Assembly (NCBI RefSeq): GCF_006345805.1
Contig: NW_021832224.1
Span: forward strand, 1-64,000
DNA length: 64,000 nt
Direction of reading: 5' to 3'
Source: Octopus sinensis
Lineage: Eukaryota
In this document: positions 48,773-64,000 of the stretch, one piece after another
Numbering within the stretch: the stretch's first letter is position 1
Layout of the letters: each line of letters starts with the position of its first letter
Program-made: the position numbers and the translations under genes
Notes under the pieces: model-generated
What the model was told of the DNA's origin: nothing
The model's database searches: none
Seen by the model: the letters and a program-made list of their open reading frames with translations, nothing else

Positions 48773-49480
48773 ATGTCTTGTAAGTCAATGTTTTCATCAA
48801 CTCATAGCATTATTGAGAATAAATACAATTATAAGAAACATCAAGTCGACCTTATTTGTAAAAAGGGATGCCGCGGACTCGACACTTCCTTTGGGCGAAC
48901 GATTCCAAAAACGGGATTGGCTGAGTTACAACGAAATAGTGTACAGTCCAAGTGGGGAACAGGAGAGTGCCCGGCCAGGAGTATATTCCCAATTAATGGA
49001 CAGGAAGTGTGTCACGGCCGATGGAACATAAAGTACAGTCCCAAGAAGATGTGGTATATCGCCGCCTCCGTTTGTGTGTTGTGTCATTTCCAGATTAGGG
49101 GACTCACAGTCGACGAGGCTCTCCGCCGACTGTCCTTTTCTAGACATAAAGGATCGGTGGACGTATCCCAAGTGTTGAAGGAAGCCCGGGAAATGGCGAT
49201 GAAGGACTTTGGTGAGTGGAAGTGTAATTTGTGGATTGGTTGGCCATATTGGTGAGTGGCAGAGTATTCGGGGGTGTCTCGGGGGTATGTTGTGCGGGGA
49301 CTGAGGAAGTGTGCAATGGGGCGGGTGACCCCCATCATGCATCGATACTGCAACTATCTGGTCAGACTCAGAGAGGGGAGTCCGCCTGACGAGTATTTCC
49401 CCAAACACCCCACTGGCCATGTCAAGGCAGTCGAGTACATCCAGCAGTTAAGGGATAGAAGAGTTATTCGTTCTCTTTGA
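48773..49480 (+). CDS. MRPL22: Mitochondrial ribosomal protein L22 (start approximate)
   Basis: W.SYNEIVY.P....ARP; VCHGRWNIKYSPKKMWYIA..IRGLTVDEAL..LSF...KG; NLWI; G..T.IMHRYCNYLVRLREG.PP. Confidence 0.92.
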
Positions 49481-49619
49481 CTTTTAACTAAACTGTGCCT
49501 TATTTTCCTCATTATTCTATTAACAGGACCAAGTGAGTACCACCACTAAACAAGTTATGTCTACCCAGAATCGTTAAGCTACATTGAGAGCATCTGTTTA
49601 CAAGTATTATGTGCATAGC

Positions 49620-52170
49620 AGTTGATTTCACATTTATTAATTGTTTCTGTTGTCACTCAGCAGAAAGCCACCGGCATAGTGCAACAGGGAGAGTGACCCT
49701 GGGCCTTCTTCTGAACGGTGTTTTGTTGTTATTGTTAAAGTAATCATCCATTATTGTGTTTGCTGGTGTGTTTACGTCCATTCTAAGTACGTGTCCAAAC
49801 AGCCTCCATCTTGATTCTATAATATCGATGCTTATTGGCACCGATCGTGTCATAGCGTATAATTTTCTGTTAGGAATCTTTTTTGGCCATCCTAGGCCCA
49901 GTAGATTGCGTAGTTGTTTTCTGTGAAACGTGTCCATTTTATGTAATGTACATTGCAGAGGCTAAAACTTTCCGGTACATCATGTCCTCACTATCACCAA
50001 GTAATGATCCCAATTTTCTTTTTTTCCTCCAACTTTCATGAATATATTTCGATTCCCTTGCGATTCTTACGTGTTCAGTCTTTTCTTGATTAACGTGCAA
50101 ACACCATCTCTCAAATTCGTCCGGAATTTTCTTCAAAACAGATGCAAGTTCCTGATCATTTTCTGACACAAATCTATGTCGTCTGCATATATAATTTCCA
50201 TCGGCATGGATCCTTTGCACTTTGTTCTGAGATCTCTCAGTGCTGCCTCCTGGTATACTATGAATAGAACCGGAGTTCCAACCCGTACAGTTAATTCGGT
50301 ATTAGAAAGTAGGAAACGGACGAGCATAGTACTCTCTTCATCAAGAAAACTCTTAAAACGTCCAACAACGATTTCCTATTGAAAGTGTCAAACGCACTGG
50401 ACATGTCCACTCCCAGGATTTTAAAGTCATTTTTGTATCGTTGACACATAGCACATATCCATCTATGAGACCAGACAGCGTCTGCAGTCGATCGACCCCT
50501 TTCACTCTGTCCTGGCGACAAAAAATCGAAACATCAGAAAATATCCGATTAAGAGTTATCATAGATGGAATTTTTCTCAGTTTTTTGAGTAGTATCACTG
50601 GTCTTAGATTTTTAGCGGACCCTTGCTCTTTCCTGGTTTATGTAAAATAATTAAAATTCCATCCCTAAATTTCAAAGGTGAATGTGTCTTAAATACCATA
50701 ATGAAACTGTTCGTAATGATGGCTGTCAATTCGCTTGGTGCATACTTGATCATTTCTCCATGTATTTTGTCAGGTCCAGGTGCCCTGCTGTTGTTTAATT
50801 TTTTAATTGCAAAGTCAGTCTCCTTTGCAGATATAGGTAAGTTCAGACTTCTTGGTGATTTGTCAAACGGTTCAAAGGTCGAAATATCATTCTTGTTTAG
50901 AAGGCCTGAAAAGTATTTGGCAATAATCCCAGTTTTTTATTTATTATCCAATACATTTCTTCCTTGACTGTCGTGAATACAAATATTCTTAGGTTGTACT
51001 CCTCTCTGCAAAAGGCGAACAGCACAAAAGATTTTTGTTCCGTATCCCATCCTCTCAATTCACTGACACTTTCATGTATTTTTCTGGCATAAGTTTCCTT
51101 CTTCCTTTTTTTGATCTCCCTGACAACACAACTCCTTTCTCTTCTTAGCACGTTATAAGTACACGATCTGTGGTAGATTCCATTTTGAGTCTTATTTTCT
51201 TCTGTTTATCAGATTAAAGTTCAATTTCGTTATCGAATACTCCTTTGAATCCGGACAGTTTTTTTCCCAAGCACATCCATACATACTTTCTTTATTCCTT
51301 CAGCCACTGAATCCCAAACCACTGCAGGGGGATTTTCCATATTTACGTTCACAATTTCTTTCTTAATTGCCATACAATAATTTTCGCGAGTCTTCTCGCA
51401 TAAACATAATTGTTCCACCGTAAAACGGTTTGTACTGATTTTTTTCTTTCGAACTCCATCTATTCCAAAGTATCTTTTCATTCTGAATCTTGCAACAAGC
51501 AGTTTATGATCACTATAAGTGATGGTGCCTCCATAGCTGCGGGAGTCTGTTAATAATGCGCAAAAAGATCTTTTGCATAATATATAGTCTATTTGGTTGT
51601 AAATGTGTACACAATTTCCATCCTTTCTGATCCCAGTCCACGTAGTTTTATGTCTCGCTTTATGTTCGAAAGCCGAATTACAAATGAAGTAATCGAACAG
51701 GTTGCAGAACTGTACAAGCGACTCCCCTAACATATTTTTTCTTCCTCTGGCATGCCTGTCCATACAAGATTCTCTCAAAGACAATGACCCACTTACGCAT
51801 TCCAATCTCCACATATGAAAGTCATAAAAGAGGCTTTGAGGTCAGAGATAGTTTCTGTCAATGACATGTAAAACAAATCAAGTTCATCGGGGTTTGTGGA
51901 AACTCTTGCCATTGTGAGAGCGTAGACGTTAATTATGGATATAAAGGACTTATCCGACTTGCCACTCTGTGGACTCTCCCATCAAGCCAAGTCCGTAGTG
52001 GTTACATTCGGAGTTTAGCATTCTATACTCTCCGTAATTCTCCTCAACTGCATCCATCAATCCTCCATTTTCTGCTCTTCTTTTAAACCTCGGACATTGA
52101 ATGACGCCAAAGTGAACTCATTATTGTCCTCTTTTGAATCTAGGCTGATAACGCTGTGTTTAAAAGAGGG
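49620..52170 (-). mobile_element. Near full-length degraded RTE-like LINE (APE plus RT)
   Basis: FTLASFNVRG; APE segment TTWTG...NQIDYIL....SDHKLL; RT GPDKI; RSTADAVW.HRW; LGVDMSSAFD; IIYADD; C-terminus FHRKQLR...WP; RPRVTLP. Confidence 0.92.
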
Positions 52171-52277
52171 ACCAACTGATTTTATCTTATAAAATATGAA
52201 TATTATGATATAAATAGTTTTAAACAATTGTCGAGTTAATGGTGGGGCGTAATAATGAGTTGTAGAGACTCTTCACA

Positions 52278-52619
52278 ATGTTCACTCAAACAGTTCGACA
52301 GTCATACCGTCTATTGAGTGATGCCAAAAAACCCAAAAAACACGCAATTTCAACACGGGCTGCAGATAAAGACATCATCCGTCACGCACATGGTCTGCTC
52401 AACTCAGTCATGAAGGGACACCACGTCTTTGTGTCCATCATCCCCAGGAAATGCAAGGTGTCCATCATCAGTCAGTGGCAGTATTTAAGTGAGGAACAAG
52501 TTTTGGACAGCATTCAAAGAGTGGCGAACATCGTCCAAACAGAACTACACGACAAAGCACGTGTCTCCCTCACTGGGCAGGGAGTGAAACGGCAGTTATC
52601 AGTGACTAAACGAGAATAA
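52278..52619 (+). CDS. Intronless 113-aa protein with a mitochondrial-presequence-like N-terminus; faint RbfA-like similarity
   Basis: Clean ATG-to-stop ORF; VFVS...RKCKV....EEQVLDSIQRVANIVQTEL is only loosely RbfA-like. Confidence 0.5.
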   Translation: MFTQTVRQSYRLLSDAKKPKKHAISTRAADKDIIRHAHGLLNSVMKGHHVFVSIIPRKCKVSIISQWQYLSEEQVLDSIQRVANIVQTELHDKARVSLTGQGVKRQLSVTKRE

Positions 52620-52655
52620 CTGATTATGTTCAAATAAGTGAATAATTATAACAAA

Positions 52656-53016
52656 TTAATGGTCAGGTTTAGGGGGAATGTCCTTAATGCCTGCTTCCTT
52701 GAAGGCCTGTGTCCTCAGTTGGGTGGTGATTTGTTTACTACGGTGATATTAGGGGACTACATTGTTCTGTTCTTTATGGACAGGGCAATCTCGTTTATGT
52801 CGGAGGAGAACTTCTTGAGTGCCTCCTTGACCAACTCAATGTCTTCGTCAGTCCACGTTCTGTATTATTGAGGGGGAGTACTCGTTGTAGGACGTTGAGC
52901 TGAGTTGTTTTATTACGTCTGAAAATAGTTCAAAGGCATGTCCTCCTATTGAGAATATTTCTCCTACCTATTTATTAATAGTTAAATATTACTCTGTGTG
53001 TCGTACTCACTACCAT
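52656..53016 (-). CDS. BAP18: Chromatin complexes subunit BAP18 (C17orf49)-like
   Basis: STTHR|VGEIFSIGGHAF...WTDEDIELVKEALKKFSSDINEIALSIKNRTI|KQI matches TKVGEIFSAAG...KWTETEIEML..AVKRFG.DL..IS..IK.RT. Confidence 0.85.
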
Positions 53017-53282
53017 TGCCCACTAGACAATTTAATAGCTGATCTATTATTATAAATCATTAATTTAATAATTGATTTTTATATACAAATTTATTTTAAT
53101 TGATAGTTCACTTATTAGGATTATTGTGTATTTTTATCTAATAGAATATTTTATTTAAATAAAGCATAAATTGTAGTTATTTTATAAATTTAGATATTAA
53201 TATCAATAGTAATAATATTTTATTCAAAATTAAATAAATTAAAAAATAAATAGTAATTTAAAGCTAACGTGCTTTGTTATAA

Positions 53283-54184
53283 ATGACTCAATTTCTACCT
53301 CCCGATCTCCTTCGATTGTTTGCTCCCCGCGAACCCTTGACGTACCTCCCTCCGATTGGAAAGCTCCCCCACGAAAAGAAGCGTGAGAACTACTCCGGAT
53401 TGAGTGCCTACCTCGACAAGTTCGAAGATCCAAAGGACACCCCTGCCCCCACTCGTGCCGAAACACACGAAGAGAGACGACTCCGGAAAGTACAGCCACT
53501 ACTCTGCCTAATGAGTAGAAGAAAGAAAAGGCGGAGAAGCATTCGGTGGCTCTGGAAAAGGAGATAGCGGAATGTAGTGATAGTGCTGTATTGAAGGGGA
53601 CCCCACCAAGAACGACTCGGCGACGAGGAATCCGTACAAAACACTGTTTGTGGGGCGAATGGTGAGTGTGGGGTGACATTGCAGAACTACGAGACGACCG
53701 AGCAGAGGTTGAAGAAGGAGTTTGAAGTGTATGGACGAACCAAGAAAGTGTGAGGTTGAGTAATGTAGATCGCCCTCATCTGCGACAAGGAGGGCAAGTC
53801 CCGGGGGTATGCCTTCGTCGAGTTCGAGCACGAGAAGGACATGGAAGGTGAGTGTCCTCTCCATTGTAGACGCCTATTCCCACGCGGACGGAATGAAGGT
53901 GGACGGGCGGAGGATTGTGGTGGACATTGAGCGGGGGAGGACTGTCGAGGGGTGGCGACCACGCAGATTGGGAGGGGGACTGGGGGGTACCCGCATAGGC
54001 CATCCCCGCGTCAATGTTTGTGTGTCGGGAAGGGATCGTCGGTGTGTGTGTGAGTAATGTGTAGGCACTCCTCTCGCAAACACGAATCGAGGCATGACCG
54101 ACACAAGTCACGACGGTCTCCCAAAGTGAGTGAGTTGTGTAAGTGCAGGGGGATCGTCACCGACACTCCCGCCGACATCGATAA
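53283..54184 (+). CDS. SNRNP70: U1 snRNP 70 kDa protein (245 aa; seven introns of 21-29 nt)
   Basis: [23 protein letters not shown]; WDP....[15 protein letters not shown]; [17 protein letters not shown]; [31 protein letters not shown]. 902-164=738 nt, in frame. Confidence 0.97.
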
Positions 54185-54235
54185 TGGCCTTTTCTTTCTT
54201 TCTTATTCGTGACATTAGTAAACATGTTAGAAATA

Positions 54236-56770
<2,535 letters not shown>

Positions 56771-57424
56771 CATGAATATTTGTTACGACTAGAATTTTCA
56801 AGTTATTTTTGTAGGTTATCCATGTCGAAATAAACTTAGTATAATACTAATAAATTAAATGAATGTTCATAAAATGTTGTGGGAAAATATTAACCTACAC
56901 TTATACGTTAAGTCGGGTGAGATCAATTTATTAGATGGAATAACTAATAAATTTGTTTTCTCTGTTTACATGTTTGCTATGGTTATTATGGCAAGGCGAG
57001 AAGTGCTGAATCGTCCGTCTGAATATTGCCTTGGTGATCTAAAGTGCATTTGTACTTTGGTCACAAGTGTGTCAACAATGAAAATGCAGTGCAAACATGT
57101 CTATTAAGAAAGACAAGGGGTAGTGCTTACTTTGAGGACAGAATATATAAACTTAAGTTACCACAATTAGTTCTAATTTTATTTGGCTAAATGATTAGTG
57201 GTTTTAACCATCTTGGTGGTTTCTATGCTGAACTCGACTCATTGTTTTGACTTTTTTTCCTCCCATGATAAATTAAGAGAACATTTGAATATGATGGTCA
57301 TAGCAAGTGGTTCTTCTGTGTTGATACCTCTCTGCCACCATAACTAATAACACTTTTCACATCAAAAACTACAATCAATCAAGGAAATGCTTTTAGTAAC
57401 AACGAGAAATGTAGGAAAACAAAA

Positions 57425-58341
57425 TCAACCATTATAGTTAACATGTCCCGTAGTCTGAGAGTGGCTGGCCATCTCCTGAGCAGAGTGGAATACAGCACCA
57501 CAATCAGAGCAGGTGTAGTGAGAAGACAAAGTGTTAATTTCTGCAGCCAATTCGACAGCTTTGTCAAACAAGTGTGAATCATTGGCCAGACTGAACACCT
57601 TCTGAGGAGGGGAGGCCGGGTCAGGACAGTCCACAACAAGCGGGTCATAGTGAAACCCATTATAAACGAGGAATAGCATGTCCTGATATTGAGAGTCCTC
57701 CCCGAATTTGAATATTTGGAGTGTTCGGGTGTCCACCACATTTATTTGGAGACAGTAGTGGTGGGCAAACACGTCCAACTCGATAGCCCCTCCCCACGAA
57801 CTTGGCTGCGATATCCAAAAACAGTAATCTGCAGGACTTTGGTCCAGAAATGCCTCGTTATATTTAGCAGGGTTGCTTATTATCGTGTCGGCCACCAGTT
57901 GCCTCAGTTGGGGAATGGAAAAGTCCTCTGAATGGAGTAAATAGTTGATTGAGGCAAAGAGACACGAATTGTCTGACTTGACACAATACCTCGTGAATAT
58001 TCCAAGTCCACCCTCAATTTGTCTGGCCAACTCTTCCTGCACGGCCATCCCCCGGTCCTCGACTTGCTCCACGGTGAGCACCTCATTGCCGCGTAGTCCC
58101 AAATGGACTAAAATATTCTGTGTTTGCAGGTAAATGGAATAGACCTACCCAGTGGCCGAGTGAGGTCATTGCACGTGATTTCCCGACGGGGGTAGGCAGT
58201 CGAGATCCTCAGACTGCCACTCTCCTTCCCAGAGAGGTCGGAAATGGCGGACAGCAAATCTCCGTAGGTCGAATCGATGGACAGGACAAAGTCCTTCACT
58301 CCACTGCTCAGTCGACAACGGAATTTGAGTTGTTTGGACAT
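57425..58341 (-). CDS. YOD1: Ubiquitin thioesterase OTU1/YOD1 (Ubl, OTU and C2H2 domains)
   Basis: N-terminal UBX-like exon with AYP; DNSCLF.SI.Y; Y.EAFL......YC.WI.QP.SWGGAIEL; Y.G.HYDPL; C.DCG..F....E...H.Q.TGH.N. Confidence 0.93.
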
Positions 58342-59005
58342 GGCAACACTACAAATGATGCAACACGTAACCTTATTTTATTATTTTCGATTCAAATTAT
58401 TATAATTAATTTCGTTTTTACGCTATTTAAATTGAGTTGAAAATGGCTCACTATTCCTTATATTCTAATCACGGGTTTATTCTTTTCGCTGAGACTGTCA
58501 CCACTTTCTTTTATTTTGAGTTTTTTGTCGAACTGTGATTCATGGGACTGGACCAATCAAGTAGGACTATCCCAGCTGAAGAAATAGATAGTATACTTTT
58601 GTCGGCCTCCCCAACGCAGCAGACACCCATAAATACCTCAGAATGTTGTCGACGGTGTTCACTAATATTATGCTTGTGGTCTCCGAGTTCTAACCAGTCA
58701 AGACTTGTTTAGGGTGATTCATTAGTCGTGATGTGTTTGTATATCACCGTGGGAATACTATTGGGGCAGTTCTGTCAGTCCATCAAAGTTGGGCCAATTG
58801 AAAACTAATCTTAGAAATCTTAGGATACACAAGGTCGTTTTTGGATGGCAATTCACACAAAAATTATATCATGCTAATTAAAATTATTTTCTAATATTAT
58901 TACATTAACATAAATATGTTTTCTATATCAATATATAAATTCAACCCTAAATTGGAATAAACTTAATTTAAATTCTGCAATCGATTCTTTGTCTGTGCTT
59001 TCTTT

Positions 59006-59460
59006 ATGCAACTAACGGAAGAGAAAGACTACAAGGAATTATACGATTTTGGTGAATCATCCTGCAACTCATTTGACTAGAAAAGAGGAAGGAGAAGGCC
59101 AACGCTGCACTCGAAACACACCCTTCAAAAATCCCAGTATTAGTCCAAATAAATCTACATTGAAGGTGATAATCAGCCGTGGAAGCAACTCTGATGGACT
59201 GGAATGTATCGAAAGGCGTAGGTTCATAATTAGTCGGCGTGTCACCCTCGAAGCTGTGTCCCGACTAATTCGAACCCGACTTGTTTTGGACTCGTCGACT
59301 GCTCTCTTCTTGACTGTCAATAACCGGACTGCCTCTCTGGGGTTTTATATTTGGTGGACAGGAAAGGTCGTCGATGGGGGAGTTGTACGACAAATATAAG
59401 GAGGATGACGGCCTTTTGTACGTTTACTACTGCAAGGAAAACGTATATGGGTCATTCTAG
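59006..59460 (+). CDS. ATG8: ATG8/GABARAP/LC3-family protein (123 aa; 29-, 29- and 25-nt introns)
   Basis: FEKRKE.A......HP.KIPVII; IR.RL.L.SS.ALFL.VN; SSMGELY.KYKEDDG.LYV.Y.KENVYG-SF*. Confidence 0.9.
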
Positions 59461-60559
59461 TGATTCATTTACGTAATTTGTTTGCTTTATTAAATCAATT
59501 TTAATTATTCCTTTTTTGACGTGTGTGAATACTGCATTTTAATAATCCCATAATCAGGAATGAATAAGTCGGCCCACTTTATCTGAGAGTTATTGCTTTG
59601 ATATTTACTGATTTGTCTATCAGACGGGTGGGATTGGTTTGATTTTATTAATGATAAAATATCACATTCATTTCAATATATTAAATCAATTGATTTCTAT
59701 TGTGCATGTTTATAAAAACAATCATTTCCCCTCAATGAGAAATTCTCGTTGTTTATACTCTTTTTGAGTGTATTCAATATTGACTGTTAATATCTCATTT
59801 CGCCTAACTATAATTTTGAAAAATTTTCATAGATTAGAAATGCAATGAAACCACATTTGCCACATCTTTATTGTTTTTACTTAATTCCGGTCTGAATAAG
59901 GTTTGCTCGACAATATACAAAACTTGTTTTTATTTTTTCTAAATTTGTGTTTTATTTGATATTTCTCTAATTTTTGCATTCTGAATTTATGATAAACTTG
60001 GTTTTCAAGACTGGATTAGCCAAGCACACAGAATGTTTCTTTTCGCTGAGGACTTGCCTGAGCTAACTGCTACAAAGCGATGTTTCAAAAAAGTAATATA
60101 AGATTCTTTAATTGTTGCCTCAATATATGATATTTGTCTTGTTCTCTACAGGATATCACTTTGAAATTGAGAATTATAGTTTTTTGCTCAAACCATTACA
60201 GCATAGTAGACGTTTAATTTTTCCTTAATTACTTCTATAGCAAGAATCATCAGAAAAAAATTTGGCAATAGAGATTTGTCCGACAATTTTGATTTCCTAT
60301 GTGAACTATTAAAAAGAAAGTCTAGCGGTTCCTGAAAGAGGTATTGTTTCATCTCTTGTAGATTTTAATGTTTTAAATACAAGTTTATTTAATAACTCTG
60401 GCAACATACATCTAATAACTATTGATCCTAATGTGATGAAGTTAGATCAATAAAAGAATAAAGGCTGTTTTTTATTCTACAGAAACAATTATGAAGCAGG
60501 CCTGTACCTCCTACAAAATTGAATCTTTTTCAATAACTGAGAAAATAAATTCGGCACTG

Positions 60560-61110
60560 AAACTCATCCAAAAAGACCGTTTATCACCTTGCCACCAGGT
60601 CTGGGCGAATGCTTAACGGTTCCTATCTTAGACGCCATAACGAAGTAATTAAACGACCTCATCTGCGTCGCCAATATCAGATAAAAAAGTTGACAAAATT
60701 AAAAACCCATCCAGCTCAATCTGTTATCACCAACGAATTTGTGGAAATCCGATTTGACACAAATCTTCCGATGGATACTGCTAACCTGAATAACAAACCC
60801 GACATATTTATTCACGACAAATCGAGCAACACAATTACACTAATTGAGGTGGGGATCACCTCACAAAATTGTCTCAAGCAGGTCGACGTAAAAAAGTTCT
60901 ACAAATACGACTTGCTGGTAAATGAACTAGAGGCAATCTACAAGACGAAAATGAAAATCGTCCCTATCGTTATGACCTGGGACGGAATTGTGTCAAAATT
61001 TTCCAAGAACTATCTGGAAGTCCTCGGAGTAGAGGACAGGCTAAAAGCATATTCCCAGACACTGGTGTCGCAAAAGACTTAGAGAGTATTCAAGCCGACA
61101 AGGCACAAAT
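60560..61110 (+). mobile_element. R4-like RLE endonuclease fragment
   Basis: YLRRHNEV; NKPDIFIHDK..NTITLIEVGIT; K.YKYDLL..EL; VPIVMTWDGIV. Same family as 4.9-5.5 kb. Confidence 0.88.
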
Positions 61111-63029
61111 TATCAATGCTGTTAAAGAGCTAGCCCTTGAATCTAGACTGCACGTCGTCATAAATTTGCCTATCCGTGCAGAGAATGTAGGCCATAAAAG
61201 ATTGAGGTTTATCTAAGCCAGAGGTTCTCAACCGTGATTAGTGTTCCCCAGTAATTTTGAAAAATAAGAATATATTAAAGTTAAAAATAGTTGTGTAATT
61301 AATTCTAAATCAAAAACATTGAAATTAACCTTATTTTATTAGCGTGGTTTACCATTCGAATTATGGTTAACACGAATTGTCGTCTTTGGTCCGATTCTTA
61401 CGTCCAATTTGGATTTACTAAATTCATTGCTTCAAATAATTAAATAATGGCAAAATGCATGATTTGCAATAGAATTTTTGGAAAAAATTCACTGAAACTT
61501 TCTGAGTAACATTTTTATTAATTTATTTAAAGATCTTTATATATCAATTGTGGAGGTTAATCAAATAATAATGGCTATTAAGAAAAAGTTATTACTATGG
61601 ATAATGAAATTAAAAAAAAAATTTTTTATTTCGCCATTTTCTAAATACGATTCTAAAAATTCTAATGAATTAAGATTGATGTGTACATAAATAAAAACCA
61701 CAATTTTACAAATAGGAAAATTATGTAAACACAGGAAATTATGTTATCATTTGTCACACAAAGAATCAGAAAAATAGCTAGTATTTTCATTTTCTTGAAA
61801 GGGTGTTGATTTAATTTGTTTTATATACGATTCATTTATTATATGTTTTGCTGAAATTTTTCAGTTTCCGGAAAAAAATATTTTTCACATCTTTCTTTTC
61901 TGTCACTCACCAAATTGCACATTGCAGCACATGCATTGATTGTAATATCAAAACAATATTTTTATCTGATTCATTTTTTTGACTAGAACAATGACCAAGA
62001 CTAGTACAATAAATGTTTGATCACCCACGAAGCTCTCATTTTATGCCTTGCCGCATAAACTTCAGAAATTCTGACAAGTGATTTTATAACCGAAATTTCG
62101 ATCTTTTCCTTTTTTCGAGCGTCAAATATTTACATCATTTTGGTAGATGTTCAAAATTAACTTTGTTGAATTGAATAATAACCATGACGTTCTATTCCGA
62201 ATCACCCAAAACTCAAATCGAGGGCAAATAACGAGAAATATTCTTCGAAAAATCCCACTAAAAGGTACATTCATGTATTTCCACACGATTTTGAAAACTT
62301 CAAATCTTACTTCTATATATTCAATAACGCAGTAGACTAAATAATAATCAGCCAAACTTATCAGAGTCAACTTGTGCATCAAATACCGCGTATTCGAAAT
62401 TAGGTTTTGGATAGAATCCTTAAGTCAACAGAATGTGAATAACCTGAAGACGTGGTGTGACAGCAAATAACCACCAAGATAAAGTAGTTCTAAATTAGTA
62501 ACTATTGCAAGAAAAGAGAAAATGAAATTGATAAATGAATGAGGAAATTCTTCGTAATGAAAATACCTGAAATATTTTAAAGACAACAAAAACTGAGCAA
62601 CGATGGATTGCATAAGTTTTCTGTAAGATCCAAAATGTTTAGTATCACACAGTTCTCAAATATGGAAGATTTGGAGGGGAACTGTGGTACCTAATTCTCG
62701 AAAGACGCAGCTTTGTGATGGTTAGATAGGACTATTATTAAATTAAACAATGGAATATCAATATTCACGCCCTTTTTTTCTAATTGTAAATGAGATGAGA
62801 TGACACTTTTCAAAAAATATATGGGCCTTCTTAAAATCAAGGAATGTTCCCAGACCGGCAGCCGAGAGAAAACAACATGCAACTCCAATTTGGATAAGCA
62901 TGTAGGAAGAACTTCAAGGTCATCCAATTAGGCCTTGAAGTCTGAGACCAAAACCTTGCCGGGAATTGAAGAAAACAGAGGTATATTTTCATTTTATGTG
63001 TATTTTTCAGATGTCATAATTGGGACTCC

Positions 63030-63330
63030 ACGTGCACAGACACCTTCTCAAAGACCAATATAGTTGACTCCGCGATCAGTCCAGGCTCAGCCGCTGAGAA
63101 GGCTGAGGTACATAAAGCTCAGAAATATTCCAACCTGCTGGACAACTTTATCTTCTCCCCAATATCTGTAGAAACCTCCGGGGCCATGAGCCAAAAATCG
63201 TTTGAACTCGTCGTTAAAATCGGGAATCTGATCTCGAGAAGACGGAGAGAGCCTCGGGAGAAGCAATGGTTGTTCCAAAGAATATCCATTGCGATCCTGA
63301 GGGGCAACGTCTTCTCGATCATCAGCAGCT
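63030..63330 (+). mobile_element. CRE-clade RLE 3' fragment (same subfamily as 42139-42830)
   Basis: WDSTCTDTFSKTNIVDSAI...KY..L...F.F.PISVETSG...REKQWLFQRISIAILRGN. Confidence 0.88.
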
Positions 63331-63429
63331 TAAGATTATGATAATCATTTTCGCTCATTTGTTTTTTTTTTCCTTTTATAAACTCTCTGAACAACAACCG
63401 AATTTGTGAGTCAACAAAATATATCATTT

Positions 63430-64000
63430 CAAACTATCAAAAATCATCAGACAAATGCCAGTATAAGACATCAAGGATTAAACACGATCACAGAGAGTCA
63501 TCTTGCTCTTGGAACGTCTGTCAAGCGCTGTGATTCGTGGAAATGGCTTAAAGGCCATAAACGAATTAAATTCTGGGCTTAATTCTTTGAATAACTCAAG
63601 TTTATATTGGCAGTATCAATTGGTTATTCCAATGCAATCAGATAGTATAAATTCCATTCAAATCATATTAAACGATAAGAAACAGTTAAATAAACATCAC
63701 TTCTTGAAGCTTCGAAATCGTTTCTGGAAATATCCCGTCCGACTGACATCACCACAACTCATAATTCGACGAAGCCCGACAGTCTCCGGATGACTAATAT
63801 CACTATAACAATCCAAAACAGAATTGCTAGCAAATTATGGGCCAAATTTAACTCATCCGTGTCACATTGGAATCCGTTCACCACGTCAAAAATATTGCCA
63901 GAAGATGCAGACAAACCAATACAGTTCCTCAACTGCCCTGTCAGTTATAGAGACATACGTGAATAATATTCTCCCGAAGAAAGCCAAGAGCCTGGACGAA
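63430..64000 (+). mobile_element. Possible retroelement (Penelope-like) N-terminal remnant
   Basis: ELLANYGPNL..P loosely resembles the 'LLxxGPNF' motif of Penelope-like elements; frameshifted and cut by the window edge. Confidence 0.3.

Noticed and set aside
59990-60450. Possible small multi-exon gene on the plus strand
   Set aside because: There are exon-like patches with GT..AG candidates, but no consistent model or homology could be built.
61211-61240. Third hAT element (ATCTAAGC|CAGAGGTTCTCAACC)
   Set aside because: Only one terminus is present; no partner TIR, TSD or transposase sequence was found in the window.
62100-63000. Possible LRR or membrane protein gene on the minus strand
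   Set aside because: Only isolated LxxLxL-like and hydrophobic patches in AT-rich DNA; no supportable gene model.

Overview
Eukaryotic, animal nuclear DNA from a very compact genome. About 20 recognisable protein genes are split by ultra-short GT-AG introns (mostly 21-30 nt) and are often separated by under 100 bp. They include CCNK, RPL31, C1GALT1-like, CANT1-like apyrase, WDR90, RBM8A/Y14, TMC, SHMT, RPLP1, TRPA1-like, DUS3L, HP1/CBX, MRPL22, BAP18, SNRNP70, NEDD4-like, OTU1/YOD1 and ATG8. Metazoan sensory and centriolar genes combined with micro-introns best fit a dicyemid mesozoan (inference, not proven). Roughly a third of the window is repeat-derived: a 169-bp satellite at the left edge, degraded R4-like, CRE-like and RTE-like non-LTR retrotransposons, and two TIR/TSD-bounded hAT (Buster/SPIN-type) elements. 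The best leads are: (i) a poly(A)-tailed CRE-like retroelement whose 3' flank is an 18S rRNA relic, with a second CRE element starting at the same site; (ii) hAT transposases carrying host-sized micro-introns; (iii) a multi-ubiquitin-like-domain gene resembling an uncharacterised family also seen in giant viruses; (iv) several stop-free 3n micro-introns. No prokaryotic system, CRISPR array or tRNA was found. Gene models were spliced by eye; ends marked approximate are uncertain.
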